DNA from: the human T2T-CHM13v2.0 reference genome, Homo sapiens
DNA: 64,000 bases
Reading direction: 5' to 3' (one strand)
Assembly (NCBI RefSeq): GCF_009914755.1
Contig: NC_060938.1
Part shown: positions 17,750 to 54,835 of the stretch, in pieces
Layout: each line of letters begins with the position of its first letter
Position numbering within the stretch: position 1 is the first letter of the stretch
Notes under the pieces: model-generated
Told to the model about the DNA's origin: nothing
Databases searched by the model: none
Seen by the model: the letters and a program-made list of their open reading frames with translations, nothing else
Made by a program: the position numbers and the translations under genes

Positions 17750-20384
17750 AAAATTGGTGAATCTAAGTGAAGGATCTCTAGATTCTCCTTGTACTTCTAT
17801 TTCCAATTTTTCTGTAAGATTGAAATATTTTAATATAAGCAGTTGTCTAGAACAATGTAAACAGGGTCATACATTTGTTTTAGATTATGGATGTGGGGAT
17901 TCTGATTGTAGCCATCCCCCAGCTTCCCCAGAAGGTGCCTCCTCGTGCTCCCACTTTCTAACCATGCCTAGCCAGACAGTCCACCCTAGAGGACCAATAG
18001 CATCTCATTCCCTAAATGCAGAAGCCAGAGAAGTGCTAGAACAACCCCAGGTATCCAAGGTCAGGCCACATTTTCCCTGAGAAGCATGGCCTACTCTAGG
18101 GCAGGTCCAGAAGGCTGACAATTCCAGACTTTCCCTACTTTGAAAAAACAGAGAAAACACAGCTCAAATCCGAAGGAGCCCTGAGGATTTAGGCTCCTTC
18201 TGGGCCAAATCATACTTGGCTGGTTATGAAACTAGATGAACCAGGCTCCATTTTTGCTCACCTGAACCTAATGTATCATTATCTAGCTGAGCAGCTGGTG
18301 AGAGCTACTTCTCCCTGAACCTCAGTTGCTTCATGTGTAAGATACAGGTATATCATCCTAAGATCTTCGTCAGCTTTGACAAACATCCTAGGAACCCATT
18401 CTAACTCCTCATTGCCATGTCTCCTCCAGTGCTCTACACTCATGTTGTTTCCCCTTCTTCTTTTGGCTTCAGAATCTGGACATTAATGGGAAGGCCCTAG
18501 CCCTAATGATAAAGGCAGTGGTGCCAGAAATGGAGAAACGAGGGTACAGAGAGTGAGAGAGAGCCTGGGTGAGATGGGACCCCACACAGGCTGAGGGCAG
18601 TGGTCCACACTGGGAAGACGGTCAGCTCTCTTCTTTTTCCAGGGGTGGTTCAGTGGGGTTCCTGGCCTCTGTAGCAGCCTTCAGGCCACTTCCTGTAAGA
18701 ACCCTTTTGATTGCCCTTTCCATCCCATCCTCCACTCCACATCTTTCCACCCCTCCTATTACCCAAGGAAGTTTGTGTCCCCTTGTAGAATCACACCACC
18801 AAGTCCCTGCCCACAAAATAGATGCCTTGCCTCCACAAACCATAACCTAGGGGAGATTTAGCCACAAGACAGTTCCCTAACTCTGCCCCTCCCTTACAGG
18901 AGATCCCTATTGAGCACTGCCCTCTATGTCTAGTTATTAGAACCAAGAATGACCTGGAAACTATGAGTCTAACACATTCTCTTCTTTCTCCAGGGCTTCA
19001 GTCCTTACAATGTCAGTAAAACAGCCTTGCTGGGCCTCAACAAGACCTTGGCCATAGAGCTGGCCCCAAGGAACATTAGGGTGAACTGCCTAGCACCTGG
19101 ACTTATCAAGACTAGCTTCAGCAGGATGGTGAGGAAGGGGAGCTTTGCATCCCACTGGGACCCCTTGAAAGGCATCCATCTTCTTGGACAGGGAAACCCA
19201 GTACCTGAGTCCTGAGCTCTCAACCACTCCATTCTCCTTCCCTGGTCTTTTCCATATTCACTCTCTGTACCAGCTGCCCTATACAAGCCACACTCCTATC
19301 ACACCTTTCCTGAGGTGCAGAGTGGAGACTGAGATATTCACACTCTACTCACACTGTTTCCTCTCTCCTTACATGGATGAGAATTGGAGAGACACAGCAA
19401 AATGCATCACTAGAACCTGAAACAAATGAAACAGATGAGGGCAGTGGGGAGAGCTGGGAGCTAGAAAAAAATAGGAAGTGAAAGAGGGAAGTCTCTCTCC
19501 CCATCCCTCCTCTCAGTTGCCATGAGGATGGGCAGTTTCTTCCCTTTCTGTTCCTCACTTTCCTCTTCTTAAACATAAAGAGATTTCCCTTCTTCCTGCA
19601 GCTCTGGATGGACAAGGAAAAAGAGGAAAGCATGAAAGAAACCCTGCGGATAAGAAGGTAAACTGTCATACGGGCAAGGGCACTAAGAGACATGAAGATG
19701 GGAAGGTCTGGTCCCTAGCAGCCCACAGCCCGCTGTCTCAGTCCCACAGATAACACAGGCAGGCTCTCCTCTGCCTCACAGACCACGAATTCATAAACAC
19801 TATCACTACAGTGACCTGAGCAAGAAGTCAGCTTCCCTTTCCAAAGGTAAACACAGAGACATCGGGGTTTCAGCAGTGCAGAGCTCTCGGAGAAGCCCTG
19901 AGTCCTCTCTCCACCTGGGGGATTGCCTCCACCTCTGAGCATCCATGGAGACCAGGGACTATAACCAAAACCATGCTTTTTTAGTCCCCTTGAATAATGA
20001 CACATGTTTACAAAACTCAGGTTGATGATCTACAATCCAAATGAAAAGAATGAAGAGTTTTACTAAGCCCCAAACTCCCCTTGCCTAAGGAGTTACTTTC
20101 TTCCCCAGTGAGCTGGGTGAACTGTTCAAGCACCTTTGTCGGGCTCCCTTTCCTCTAAGTTCCCTGCCTCTCTCTACCTTCTGGCTTCTGGGCACTATCT
20201 AGTTTCTCCATCTTGTCCCTCAAGGACAAATGCCAGCAATGCCTAATTCCGTACTGGTCCAGACATCCCAAATCTTCCCAAAGCCATTCTGATGTCAGGC
20301 ATGAGCTACAGGCCTAGTTCATAACTCATTAATAAGTCAGGGGATTGTCAACCTAGAGCTCCAGTGAATGATCTAGCCCATGTA

Positions 20385-20590
20385 GCTCAATACTGGATGC
20401 ACATTAGAATCACCTGGGGAGCTTTTTAAACTGCAGGTGCTCAGGCCCCACCCACTCCCAAAGATTCTTTTTTAATTGGTCCAAGGTAGGACTTGACCAT
20501 CTAGGGTTTTGTTTTTCTTTGTCTTTTCTTTTCTTTTTTTGTTTAAGCCTCTCAAATGATTGCAAGGTACAGCTAGAATGGAGAAGCATT
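20385..20590. mobile_element. MER5-type hAT-Charlie MITE
   Basis: gcacattagaatcacctggggagctttttaaa...caggccccaccc resembles the MER5 core. Confidence 0.65.
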
Positions 20591-21658
20591 AATTCAGCCC
20601 TTCTAGGTTTGAGTTACTCTGCCCACCTCTAGAGCATTCTATGGCAGGCAGATTAAAGTGTCTCCTAACTATGCAGTCACTGATAAAATAAGAATTAGCA
20701 CATTCTCACCAAATGATCCTGACTTTAAGGGACAAGTATAGATTCCTGAAAAAATTGTCTCTAAGTTGAACCTGTACAAATGGAATCATTTTAAACACAC
20801 CATTTACTGTCACACAGACTCCCTGATACTTTAGTGTGTGCACATGTGAAACCATTTTTTTGAAGTATGAAATAATTACTATTTTACCTGTATAACTTTG
20901 GATTTTGGTGTCCTGAGCTCTCTAAAAAACAGTGTCTCTATAGTATTTGAATATTATGGGTAATGGTTTTTGCAGAGTACAGTATGCTTATACTAAATTA
21001 TAACAGCATATCCTCATGGTAACCCTATTTGATAGGCGGAAAGTTTGTACACTGATCCTGAAAAGTTATCTGATAATTCTTGATTAAGCAAATTTCATTC
21101 CCCGTGTCCCAGGTGAGGGAGGCAGACCTGTTTGATTTTTACTCCCTTCCTTGCTTCCCCTATTCCCCAGGTTAGGCGAGCCAGAGGATTCTCTTGGCAT
21201 CGTGTCTTTCCTGTGCTCTGAAGATGCCAGCTACCTCACTGGGGAAACAGTGATGGTGGGTGGAGGAACCCCGTCCCGCCTCTGAGGACCCGGAGACAGC
21301 CCACAGGCCAGAGTTGGGCTCTAGCTCCTGGTGCTGTTCCTGCATTCACCCACTGGCCTTTCCCACCTCTGCTCACCTTACTGTTCACCTCATCAAATCA
21401 GTTCTGCCCTGTGAAAAGATCCAGCCTTCCCTGCCGTCAAGGTGGTGTCTTACTCGGGATTCCTGCTGTTGTTGTGGCCTTGGGTAAAGGCCTCCCCTGA
21501 GAACACAGGACAGGCCTGCTGACAAGGCTGAGTCTACCTTGGCAAAGACCAAGATATTTTTTGCCCAGGCCACTGGGGAATTTGAGGGGAGATGAGAGAG
21601 AAGGAAGCTGGAGTGGAAGGAGCAGAGTTGCAAATTAACAACTTGCAAATGAGGTGCA

Positions 21659-21664
21659 AATAAA
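21659..21664 (+). terminator. DHRS4L1 polyadenylation signal
   Basis: AATAAA ~375 nt after the SRL stop codon. Confidence 0.75.
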
Positions 21665-22470
21665 ATGCAGATGATTGCGCGGCTTTGAATCGAATCGACG
21701 TTTTCTCAGTGCGGGGTGCTTAGCTGAGCAGAGAGCAGAAGTCTGGCCAGGCTGGATCTCTGGATCCCCCAGCCCTCCTCCCTGTCTCCAGGACCTGAGC
21801 GTGATGTTCAGGGGTGGAGGTGTCTGCAGAGCTGCCAACTGGAAGGAAGGTGGGACAGGAACTCCCAGGACGCCACGGGGATCCCCGAGGCAGGGCGAGT
21901 CGGGCGAGGGTGGGGAAGGAGGAACTCTCTAACACCTCCCCGCCCCTCGCCTCCCAGATCCAGCCATGCCCTCTCCCAGCATGGCCCTAGGTCCCGAGTC
22001 AGCAAGGACAAGCTGGAGGGGTCCTGAGCCGGTGGGGAATAGAGAAAGGCCCTGCAAGGTGCCCGGGCCCACAAACAAAAGAAATGGCTTCTGCCCACGG
22101 GCCCGAGGATTGAGTAGATGGAAAGCGGGGACGCTGCCCCCCGCCCCGAAGGCCCGGACACCGGGCGACGCACACCGGCCAGCTCACGCGGGAGCCAGCG
22201 AGAAGGGTCGGCGCGAGCGCGCGCGGGGTCTCACGCGGCTCGGCAGCGCGGAGCGCATGCTCAGTCCGGCAGCTCTCCCTGCTGGGCGGGGGAGCCGGCG
22301 CTCCGAGGCGGGGGGAGGAGCGCTCAAGCAGCCGCCCCTGACCGGAGCGGGCTCGGCCGCTGCTGCAGCGCTCAGCGCCCGGGCCCTGCTGAAGCCGGGT
22401 CTAGCATGTGCCGCGGCTCCCCGGCGGCGGCGGCGGCTCCTCTGCAGCAGCCTCAGCAGCAGCGGCCGCC

Positions 22471-39720
<17,250 letters not shown>

Positions 39721-40025
39721 CAACTGCCACAACACCCTCCTCAGCCCTCGACATGTGCCTCGCAAGGACTCAGACCCCTATCCACCCCCAGTCCCCAGGG
39801 CCCCCTGCCAGCCCCTGTCCTACAGGGGCAAGACGGCAGGACCAGGCATGGGGGAGCTGGAGGCAGGGACTAGAACAGAGGGAGCCACCTGGAGAGACGG
39901 AGGCTGTCAGTGCCTGCCTCGATACCTCTCTCTGCAGAGAGCTTCTGGGTGGGGGCTTATCTCCTCCCCCAGGAGGGTGGATCTCTGTCCCTCTATCCCC
40001 AGGGACTCTCTCCCCTCTTGTATAG

Positions 40026-40031
40026 AATAAA
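40026..40031 (+). terminator. CARMIL3 polyadenylation signal
   Basis: AATAAA ~305 nt after the TGA at 39718-39720. Confidence 0.8.
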
Positions 40032-40377
40032 AAAACAAAATCATCGCCTGCCTCGAGTCTCTGCTATCTTCCCCATTCACTGCCTCCACAATCTGCTCTC
40101 TTCCCACAAACCCTCAGAGCTTGGCCACAGTGGAGAAAAATGAGAAACATTCCACAGGGATAGACTTGGGGTTCTGAGAGGAGCAGGAGAAAAAACAGAG
40201 AACTGCCGAGGGAAGGGGACTGATAAGTCCCCAAGCCAAGATGGGTGTTATGCCCAGGGTCAGGGCTGAGCTTCCTGGAGAAAGAACCAAAAGGACAGAA
40301 ACCAACACAAAGTCTGTCCAGCTTTTGGGGGTGTAATGGGATTGGAAGCCCCAGTGTACCAGAGGGACACGGGAGCA

Positions 40378-40397
40378 GTGTGTGTGTGTGTGTGTGT
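40378..40397. repeat. (GT)n microsatellite
   Basis: About 10 GT units. Confidence 0.85.
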
Positions 40398-40577
40398 GCA
40401 TGCATGCACACTAATGGGGGAATTACATGATGTTGTGGTGTCGTCCTGGGGGCACCCTCACTAGTCAGAAGTCTCAATAGCAGAGTGGCTTGCAGGTGAA
40501 CAGAAGTCTCTGTGGCATGAGGTCAGCAACTAAAGTAGCTGTCTCCCATGGTGTTCTAGCAAATACTATCTTGGCAT

Positions 40578-40872
40578 TCAAGATCCCACTCAAAAGCCCC
40601 TTCCTCTGTGAAGTCCTTCCTGATGCCTTCCCCACTCATCCATATTGCACCCTGCTTTAATGTGCTCCCACTGCATCCTGAGCAGGTCCATAACATTGCA
40701 CCTGTCACGCTTCATTGCGTATGCGTATTGGCTTATCCTCTCTCTGTCTGCCTGTCTTTCTGTTCCATATACATCTGCCTCCCCCAGGGGCAGAGGCTGT
40801 GTCTTAATCACCTGTGTAGCCCCAGCACCTGGCACAGTGCCTGACACCCAGGAGATGCTCAATAAATGGCTG
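40578..40872 (+). mobile_element. L2 3' end
   Basis: cccagcacctggcacagtgcctgacacccaggagatgctcaataaat is the typical L2 terminus. Confidence 0.75.
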
Positions 40873-41799
40873 CTATATTAATACATGAGCAGCTTAAGGG
40901 GATGGAGGGCGAAGGTAAATGCTCTTGCGTACTCATCGCAGACCACAATGTGCCCAAATGTCTTCATGTGTGGTTTGCAGCTCCCCAGGCAACTGCTTAC
41001 TTCCCTTACTTACTGATTTCACCAGGAATTACTTGTTTTGTTTCCTTAAGATCTGTGCATGGCACAGCCCCTCCCACAAGGGTAAGGCCATATGGGTTGA
41101 ATCTTGGGGGGTGTTGGGTACATTGTGGCACCGGGAAGAAGCCTTGGGAGTCAGTCCTTCAGCAGATGCCCTCATGTGACCAGGATATGAGGTTGGGTGT
41201 CCTTAAGCAATTATGTCCATTTCCTGTGTCTCCTTATAAAATGGTGGCTAGGGAACTGGACATCATTCTCAAAGCTATGACGTTCAGCAAGGTATGTGAT
41301 GGCTTTTAAGGAGCACGGGAAGATCACATCCTGCTGTATTCCGGGTTAGTTTGAGTGAGTACATGTGTGACAAGGACAGCCCAGTGTTCCTGTATATGTG
41401 ACTGCAGATATCCTTAGCTAGTGTAACAATGTTGAAAGTGATGTGAGAAGGGGTATGTTTCCCAATGTGTATCCGCCGGGGGCTGTAACTGTCGTGGTGT
41501 CACAGTGAGTTTATGTACTGGCGCCTGTGTGTGTCAAGATATGTGTGAGCCTGTGAGTCGTGGGTGCATGTGTCGCCATCATTTCTCTGTTTGAATGTGT
41601 ATGTGCATGCCACTGCAATGTGCGCATCTCTGCGATTCTGGGTGTGGGTGTAGTGTGAAGGGGAAGATGTGTGTCACTGTGTCTGTGGGGGTCCTGCCTC
41701 TAAGCCACCCCCAGCCTGCCCTCCTCCCCCGGTTCTGTGGCTCCCTCCCAGGCTGTGGCCCTGCCCCTTCCCTCTTCTCCCTCCCAATCCATCCACGCG

Positions 41800-41957
41800 G
41801 GGGGAGCTGGTGCTGCGCCCCCCCCCACCCCTCCCCATCCAGGCCCCATAAATAGCAGCAGAGCCGGAGCTGGAGCCGGCGCCAGCGGCTGGAGCAGCAA
41901 GGGAGTCAGGGCCAGGGCCAGAGAGCCGGAGAGAGGAGCCCCCGACCGAGAGCCCAG
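41800..41957 (+). promoter_or_regulatory. CPNE6 core promoter and non-coding exon 1
   Basis: C-rich GC boxes, TATA-like cataaata at 41847-41854, exon ending cccag|gtgagc at 41957. Confidence 0.7.
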
Positions 41958-43252
41958 GTGAGCCCACCCTTCCTCCCCAGCCCAGCCCCAGCCCAGCCCA
42001 GCTTGGCCCAGTCTCCATAACAACATCTCCTGGAGCCCGCAGAGAGATCCCAGCCCTGCCCAATCCCTTCACCACCACAAGCCCCTGCCTATCTCGGGGA
42101 CCCCCAAGAACTGGGAGACTTGTGGCTGGAAGGCAGAGACCCCCCTCCCCCAGCCCAGACCCTCCCTCACATATCCAGAAAGGCACACACTGTGGGGAGG
42201 TAGATACCCAGCCAGAGAAAGGTCCCACTTCTGAGGGAGGTACAGGAACTGTCACACCCTCCTGGAAACGGACACACGACATGGGGGGACAGACACGGAG
42301 GGTGGGGCACTCAGACACACCAATGCACACTCACTCGGGGAAGCATGACATGGGATCAGACAGCCTCACCCTGAGATCTGTACAGACACAGATAGATGGA
42401 CTGACCGGCCATGAACTCTGGCCGGCATACCCCTGCCTGCTTCAGCCCGAGGCTTGGTACCACTGCTGGGGGAAGGTGGCATGCGTGCATCCCACGGGCA
42501 GCATGGAGGGAGCCACGACTCCCCAAAAATCCTGTCGCTAAGAGACGGTGCCAGTGCTGCCAAGAAGTGTGAAAACAGGGGAGGTGGGGAGGGATGTGAG
42601 GCTTGTCACAGTTAGAGCTCCTGCCAGGAGCCTGAAGGAGCTTTCAGCAGAGCCCTGGTCCTGCCTCCCAGCCCACCACCACTCCTTTTCCATCAGCTAG
42701 CCAGAAGGGGAATGGGGGTAGGGAGTGGATAGGGATAGCCCAGCAGGGGACTTTCCAACCTGTCTCCTGCCCACTGCAGACTCCACTTCTGAGACCCATC
42801 CTCTTCAGAACTCCAGAGGCCTCTCCACCCCCTGCCCCACCCCCTTGCCCTAGTTTAGCTCCCTCGTGCCAAGACTGAGTGCAGCGCTGGCACAACACCA
42901 GTCGGGAAATAGCAGAAGGTGCTGAGGCGGCAGAAAGTGTAGATCAATCGATGGCCTAGGAGCCAAGACTGCCAGGAACATCCCCACCCCAATCCTTCAG
43001 CCCTCTCCAGCCCCATCCACGCATACCTAGGCCAGCAGCACAGGGCTTCTGAGCAGGAGTGGGAGGCTCAGGTCCTCTGCCCTCCCCTGCTCAGAACTCT
43101 GGTGAAGCTGAGGAAGCAGGAGGTCCGTGAGGCCCCAGGGTCTAGGGAAGGAGGTTAAGGGGTGGGGCCCAGGGACCCTAGAGGATAGACCCCTCTGCTG
43201 GCAGGTGTTCCCTTTCCAGAGTCCAGGCCACCTGCTCTGTCCCCACAGTGAC

Positions 43253-48046
<4,794 letters not shown>

Positions 48047-48203
48047 CTGCCTCCCTCCGGACCGACACTCCCTCAGCCTCTCAGTGAGTCCTGGGGCTTC
48101 CAAAGGAGTGGACACAGGGGGTGCAAAGTGGGGCTTGGTAGAGCCCAACTAGGCTGGGTGTAGTGTAGAAGAGAGTGCTTATGACTCTCCCACCCCCTCC
48201 CAG

Positions 48204-48405
48204 GTGCCTGTCCTGACCCTCGTGACTCCAGTGACCAATGCCTCCACCTCTTGGACCAGGTGTGCCCCCTGGGTTCTGGACGTGAGTGGTGGGTCCTGCT
48301 CCTATCTCTCCAAACCCCATACCCTTCAATGCTGTGGCCCCTCAGTGACTTCCTTGGGTGATCCTGACTTTCTAGCCATTAATAAAGAGAACTGCTCCTA
48401 GCACC
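48204..48405 (+). terminator. CPNE6 non-coding last exon with AATAAA (48381-48386)
   Basis: Donor tca|gtgagt at 48083/48084, acceptor cccctcccag at 48203, then AATAAA. Confidence 0.75.
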
Positions 48406-49134
48406 TCAGCCTCTAACCATCATGCCTCAGATGCCCACTGGGCAGCCTGCAGCACCCCCACACACACCATAAGAAATGAGGACCAGCACCTTTCAAAATC
48501 TGAGACAGAGCTCCCCAGGCAGGCTGCTGTCTCTGCAGTCTTACCCCAGCTATGTGCCAGTGGGATCTGAGGAGCCCCCTCCCTCACCTCCCAACCCCAG
48601 GGGGTCTAGGCACCATGGAGAATAATTACAGGAGATAGGAGGATAATTACGGGCTGTCAGGAGGGCAGGCTGAAGCTTTCTTATAGCTGTCTCCAGAGAG
48701 GCCCTGCTGAGTCCCCCAGGAGCTGAACCCCAGCCCCCACACAGCTGTGGGGCGGGCCAAGAGCAGGTGCTGGGGGATACTGAAGGAGGGCAGCAGGTCT
48801 GCTAGTGAATTGGGAACATAGTGGAGCATCTAAGGCCTATACAGTCTGGTTTCCCGGGTGTGTCAATGTGTGTGTCTGTTCATGGCCTTAATGGGTCACA
48901 CTCATGGACTCAGGGATGTGCAGTGCATGAACACACAGATTCACACACTTAACAATCACATCAGCAACAACAGCAAATATCATTACGTAGCATGTGTCAA
49001 CTTTATGCTAAGTGCTTATTTAAATGCATTTATTCTCAGTAGGTGGTTACCATTATTTTCACCATTTTTCTGACAATCAAGTGAGGCTTGATTTTAACCC
49101 ACCCATGGTCAAAAAACTGGTAGAACTGCAACTT

Positions 49135-49402
49135 GAAACAGGGTCTCACTCTGCCACCCAGGCTGGAATGCAGTGGCACGATTATGGCTCACTGCATCCC
49201 CGAACTCCTGGGCTCAAGTTATCCTTCCACCTTAGCCTCCTGGGTAGGTGGGACTCCAGGTGCATGCCATTACATCTGAATTTATTTTATTTTATTTTTT
49301 TGTAGTGACAGGGTTCTCGCTATGTTGCCCAGGCTGGTCTCAAACTTCCTCCTTGGCCTCCCAAAGTGTTGGGATTACAGGCAGGAACCACTGCGCCCCA
49401 CC
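49135..49402 (-). mobile_element. Alu (AluJ-like)
   Basis: gggtctcactctgccacccaggctggaatgcagtggc...ggattacaggc. Confidence 0.85.
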
Positions 49403-51479
49403 TAAAGCACTACTCTTAATCACCACAGTGTGCAACTTTGTTTTTTTAAGTATACTCAGGTAACCCAGGAGTATCATTTTGAGACCCAGGTATGGTACTG
49501 TATATGTGGCCTAGTTGTGTGCTCAGGTGTCTATGGATGGTTCTGTCTGTCTTTGTGTGCCATGCAGGTGAGAAAAGTGAACAAGAAAAGTAGTGGGTCT
49601 GAATTACAGCTCCAGGGCAGGCAAGGATAGACACAGGTGAAATTTAGAGTGAGAGAAAAAGAGCTGGGCTCCCGGAAGGACCCTCCCTGCCCCATCCTCT
49701 CCCTTCAACAATGAGTGTGGAAGGGGATGAAGAAAGAGAAGCTAAAGGTTCTGTGAGCCCCTCAGAGAGAGAATCCAGAGCCAGAGAGGATGGCCAGTGG
49801 CCAATGGTGGGGAAGGGAGAGGAGACGAGAGAAATTCTGAGAGCGATGGAGGAGAGGACTCCCATTGCAGGCTCCTAAGCGGAGGAGGGATGAGCTGGGA
49901 TAGAGGAGGGGAAAGAGGGAGCAAGAACTGTGATGGGAAGAGAAGAGACAGCTGGGGAGGGGGTGGAGAGAGGGGGTAGAAAGGAAGAGGGACATATGGG
50001 AGCCTCTTCCCCCATGCCCGAAAGCTTCTCCCATTTATTATGTCCGGTAGAGGACAGATGACAGTAACTCGTGAGGCGGCTGCTCCCAGCACAACGCCTG
50101 TGCTCTGCCCAGAGGCCCCATCTGCCCTCCCCTTAGCCTGCTGAACTGGAGGACTGGGTTACCATGGAAACTGTGAGACCTGGATAGCCACTGACAGGCC
50201 GAGCTGGGCCACTGAGGCTTCTGAGTTTGGTGGTGGTGGTGGTGAGAGGGGGAGGATCCATCTGTTCCAATGCCTGCCCCTCCACCCCATTTCCATTGGC
50301 TCTCCATAACAGATGTGCCACCCAGCTCCAGGTGGGGACTTCCCTTTTTCTTGCTCTCTCTCTCTCTCCCTCTCTCTCCCTCTCCCACACACAGACACAC
50401 AAACAGTAGCCTGAAGCAGGGATAAAGAATGAACACTTCTTAAATTGCAAGAACATTTAGCTTATTGCATTAGAATTCTGCCTGGACTTCAAGTTTAATT
50501 CACAAAAGCTGCACTCTCTCAGCAAATTGTCATCCCAGGAGAAGTCTCACCTCAGCCCTCAGAGAGGTGGGAGGTGGCAGGAGCACCCTGTGCAGGTCTG
50601 GAGGCCCAGACAGCCTGGAGGGAGCTGCCGAGGACCCACGTATGTGCTCACAGAGAAGCCAGGCTTCCTCGCCTGGGCTGTGCATCCCCTGCCTAGGCTG
50701 CAGCTGGGAAACTGCAGCAGGATAGGAGGTGCCTTTGGCGAGATTGTCTTGGGGACTTCTTGGGGAGACCACCGGGACTTCCATACTGGGGAGATGCCAG
50801 AACTGGAAAGGGAGCAGAAGTCGTCCAATCCACATGAGAATTAGATGAAGTAACACAAGTCCAGGAAGCAACTGATTTGCTCAGGGTGACAGGGGGATCC
50901 CATGGAAGAGCTGGGACTAGGACCCAGGTTTCCAGACTTCTGCACACAGCTCTCTCCCAACCCACACCAACAACCCCCAGAGCTCACTCTTCAGGCCTTT
51001 GCTGCTCTGAGCCCTGAAGGCCACAGGGTTGGGCAGGGAAAAAGCATCTCGGATAGAGGTCCTAATCTATCTAGTTGTTGGATATTGAAATCTTGAAAAT
51101 TCTGTAGTGCTAAAATGGGGAGGTTACAAGCTTCAGAATGAAAATACAGCCTCATTGCTAATTACAGCTTTAATGTGTTACAGGTTGAAAACCCTGAATT
51201 AAAAACTAAACTGAGGTGGGAGCTGCAACCCTCCTCCACCTCCCATTCACTGTGTCACCACACTTCCACCCCCCAGTGCCTGGCACTGGTCCCTGCAGAG
51301 CTCAGCGTGCTAGTCATGTGGGCTGGGTTTCTGTGTTCGTAAGGGGAGGGGACCCCTCTCCAGAAAATGACCAGCATCTAAATTCGGGCATGACTTGAGG
51401 ACCCAAAAGCTTTGGGGATATTTGCGCGGTCATACAGGGCGTGGCTAGGACCAGAAGGCGCTCTGGTAACGATGCAGAG

Positions 51480-53245
<1,766 letters not shown>

Positions 53246-54835
53246 TCACCAAGTCCCTCTTCCCTCAAAGCCCAAGTGCCCTGGAGCAAGAGTTTGGGAA
53301 AGCCAGAGGGATGGTGCAGCTCTGTTCACTGCAGAGTCCCCACCAGGCTGAAGAGTAACCTTTCAGAGGGCAGGGGCTCCTGACAGGGGACAAGCAGCTG
53401 AATTCCTGAAGGAGGAAGAGGACAGCACAGCCTCTCGCCCCACTGATGCCTCAGGATCTATGAAAAGCAAGAGCAGTATGGCAGTGCTCCCAACCCTAGT
53501 GCTGAGACATGCCGAGAGGTCTGTCATCTCAAGAGGCATCATTCCATTTCCAAGCCATTTTTTTAAATTGCTTAATTAACTGTGACAAAGTGAGTGTATA
53601 TTTTAGGACAGTGGGAAGGCATGTATGCTGTGAATTTTAAGAGCCAAGGATAATGTGTTCTTATAGCTCTCTGTCTCTCAAAGCACTCAGGGAAGTGCCT
53701 TGCCTATAGAAGACCCTCAGTGTACATTTGTTCTATGGATTAATCAATCAATGAATCCCTTTTGTAGGGGCAAGAGGCTTTATATGGAAAAAAGAAAGGT
53801 CCTAGAATTAGTTCTAGAAAGATCAGAATCAACTGGCCACCATCTTTCCTCAAGGCCAGTCTCTCCAAGGGGAACAGACCAAGATTGATTTTCCTTCTAT
53901 TCAGAACTTGTTACGTTGTGTGAACTTGGCAGATCACCTTCACCCTTCTGACCCGTTTTCCCTTCTGTTCAATGAGGGCAGTTAGACTTTGTAACATATA
54001 CCAAAGAGTGTTCTCTAGAACACTGATTCTGAACAATACCTATGAAGAGGTCTGTGCTCAGATAACTTTGAGAAATGTTGCCTCCTATCCCTACCTCTTA
54101 CAGATGCACATAGCACAAGAGCATATTAACCTGAGCAATCCTTTAGTAAACCGTCTGTTCAAGTTCAACAAAAAGTGTCCTAAACTTATGTCACCAAGGA
54201 ACTCTCCTGTCTGTTATCAATCATGGGGCACATGTTCACCTGAGGAACTTCTGGCTGGGTGACCTCAGATACCCTTCCCAGCCTTGAAGTCCAAGCTCTA
54301 GTCCAGCTCCCAATTCCAGTAACTCCCACCCCACCCCCAGAAGGTGCGCGGCATGGAGTGTTCATCCCCAGGGCTTAGACTTCGGCTCCTTCTAGATGCC
54401 CCAAGCCTAGGTAGCCTTCTTTCCAACCACATGTCAGACCCCCAGGCTCTACCCAGAGAGGCAAAGAGGAAGACCCAGGCCTCTCTCTTCCTGTTCCAGG
54501 GCAGGGTTGCTGCCCTCTCTATGGAACCTGTCACCCTTGAGAGGACAGAGGGGATGGAAACAGACACAGATTAAAGGAACTGGGTCTTGGCAGAAAGGAG
54601 ATGGTGAGACACTGAGAGAGGTATCCAGAAAGAACTGGATGTACAGAAGGAGTAGTGGGGAAGGTTGTTTATCTTTCTGACGTGATAGCAGTGAGGGACA
54701 CAGGCCAGTCAGGGTGGGAGTGGAGTAGGGTACCAAGGTGTTAGGATTCTTGAAAACAGACAACAGAGAGCAGGTGTTAAAGAGGGGGTTCTAGGTGAGC
54801 GGCCTGACACCCAGGTAGGCCCTGGATATACTCAC

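Noticed and set aside
48604-48628. REST/NRSE-like gcaccatggaga downstream of CPNE6
   Set aside because: Matches only the centre of the 21-bp motif; both flanks deviate.
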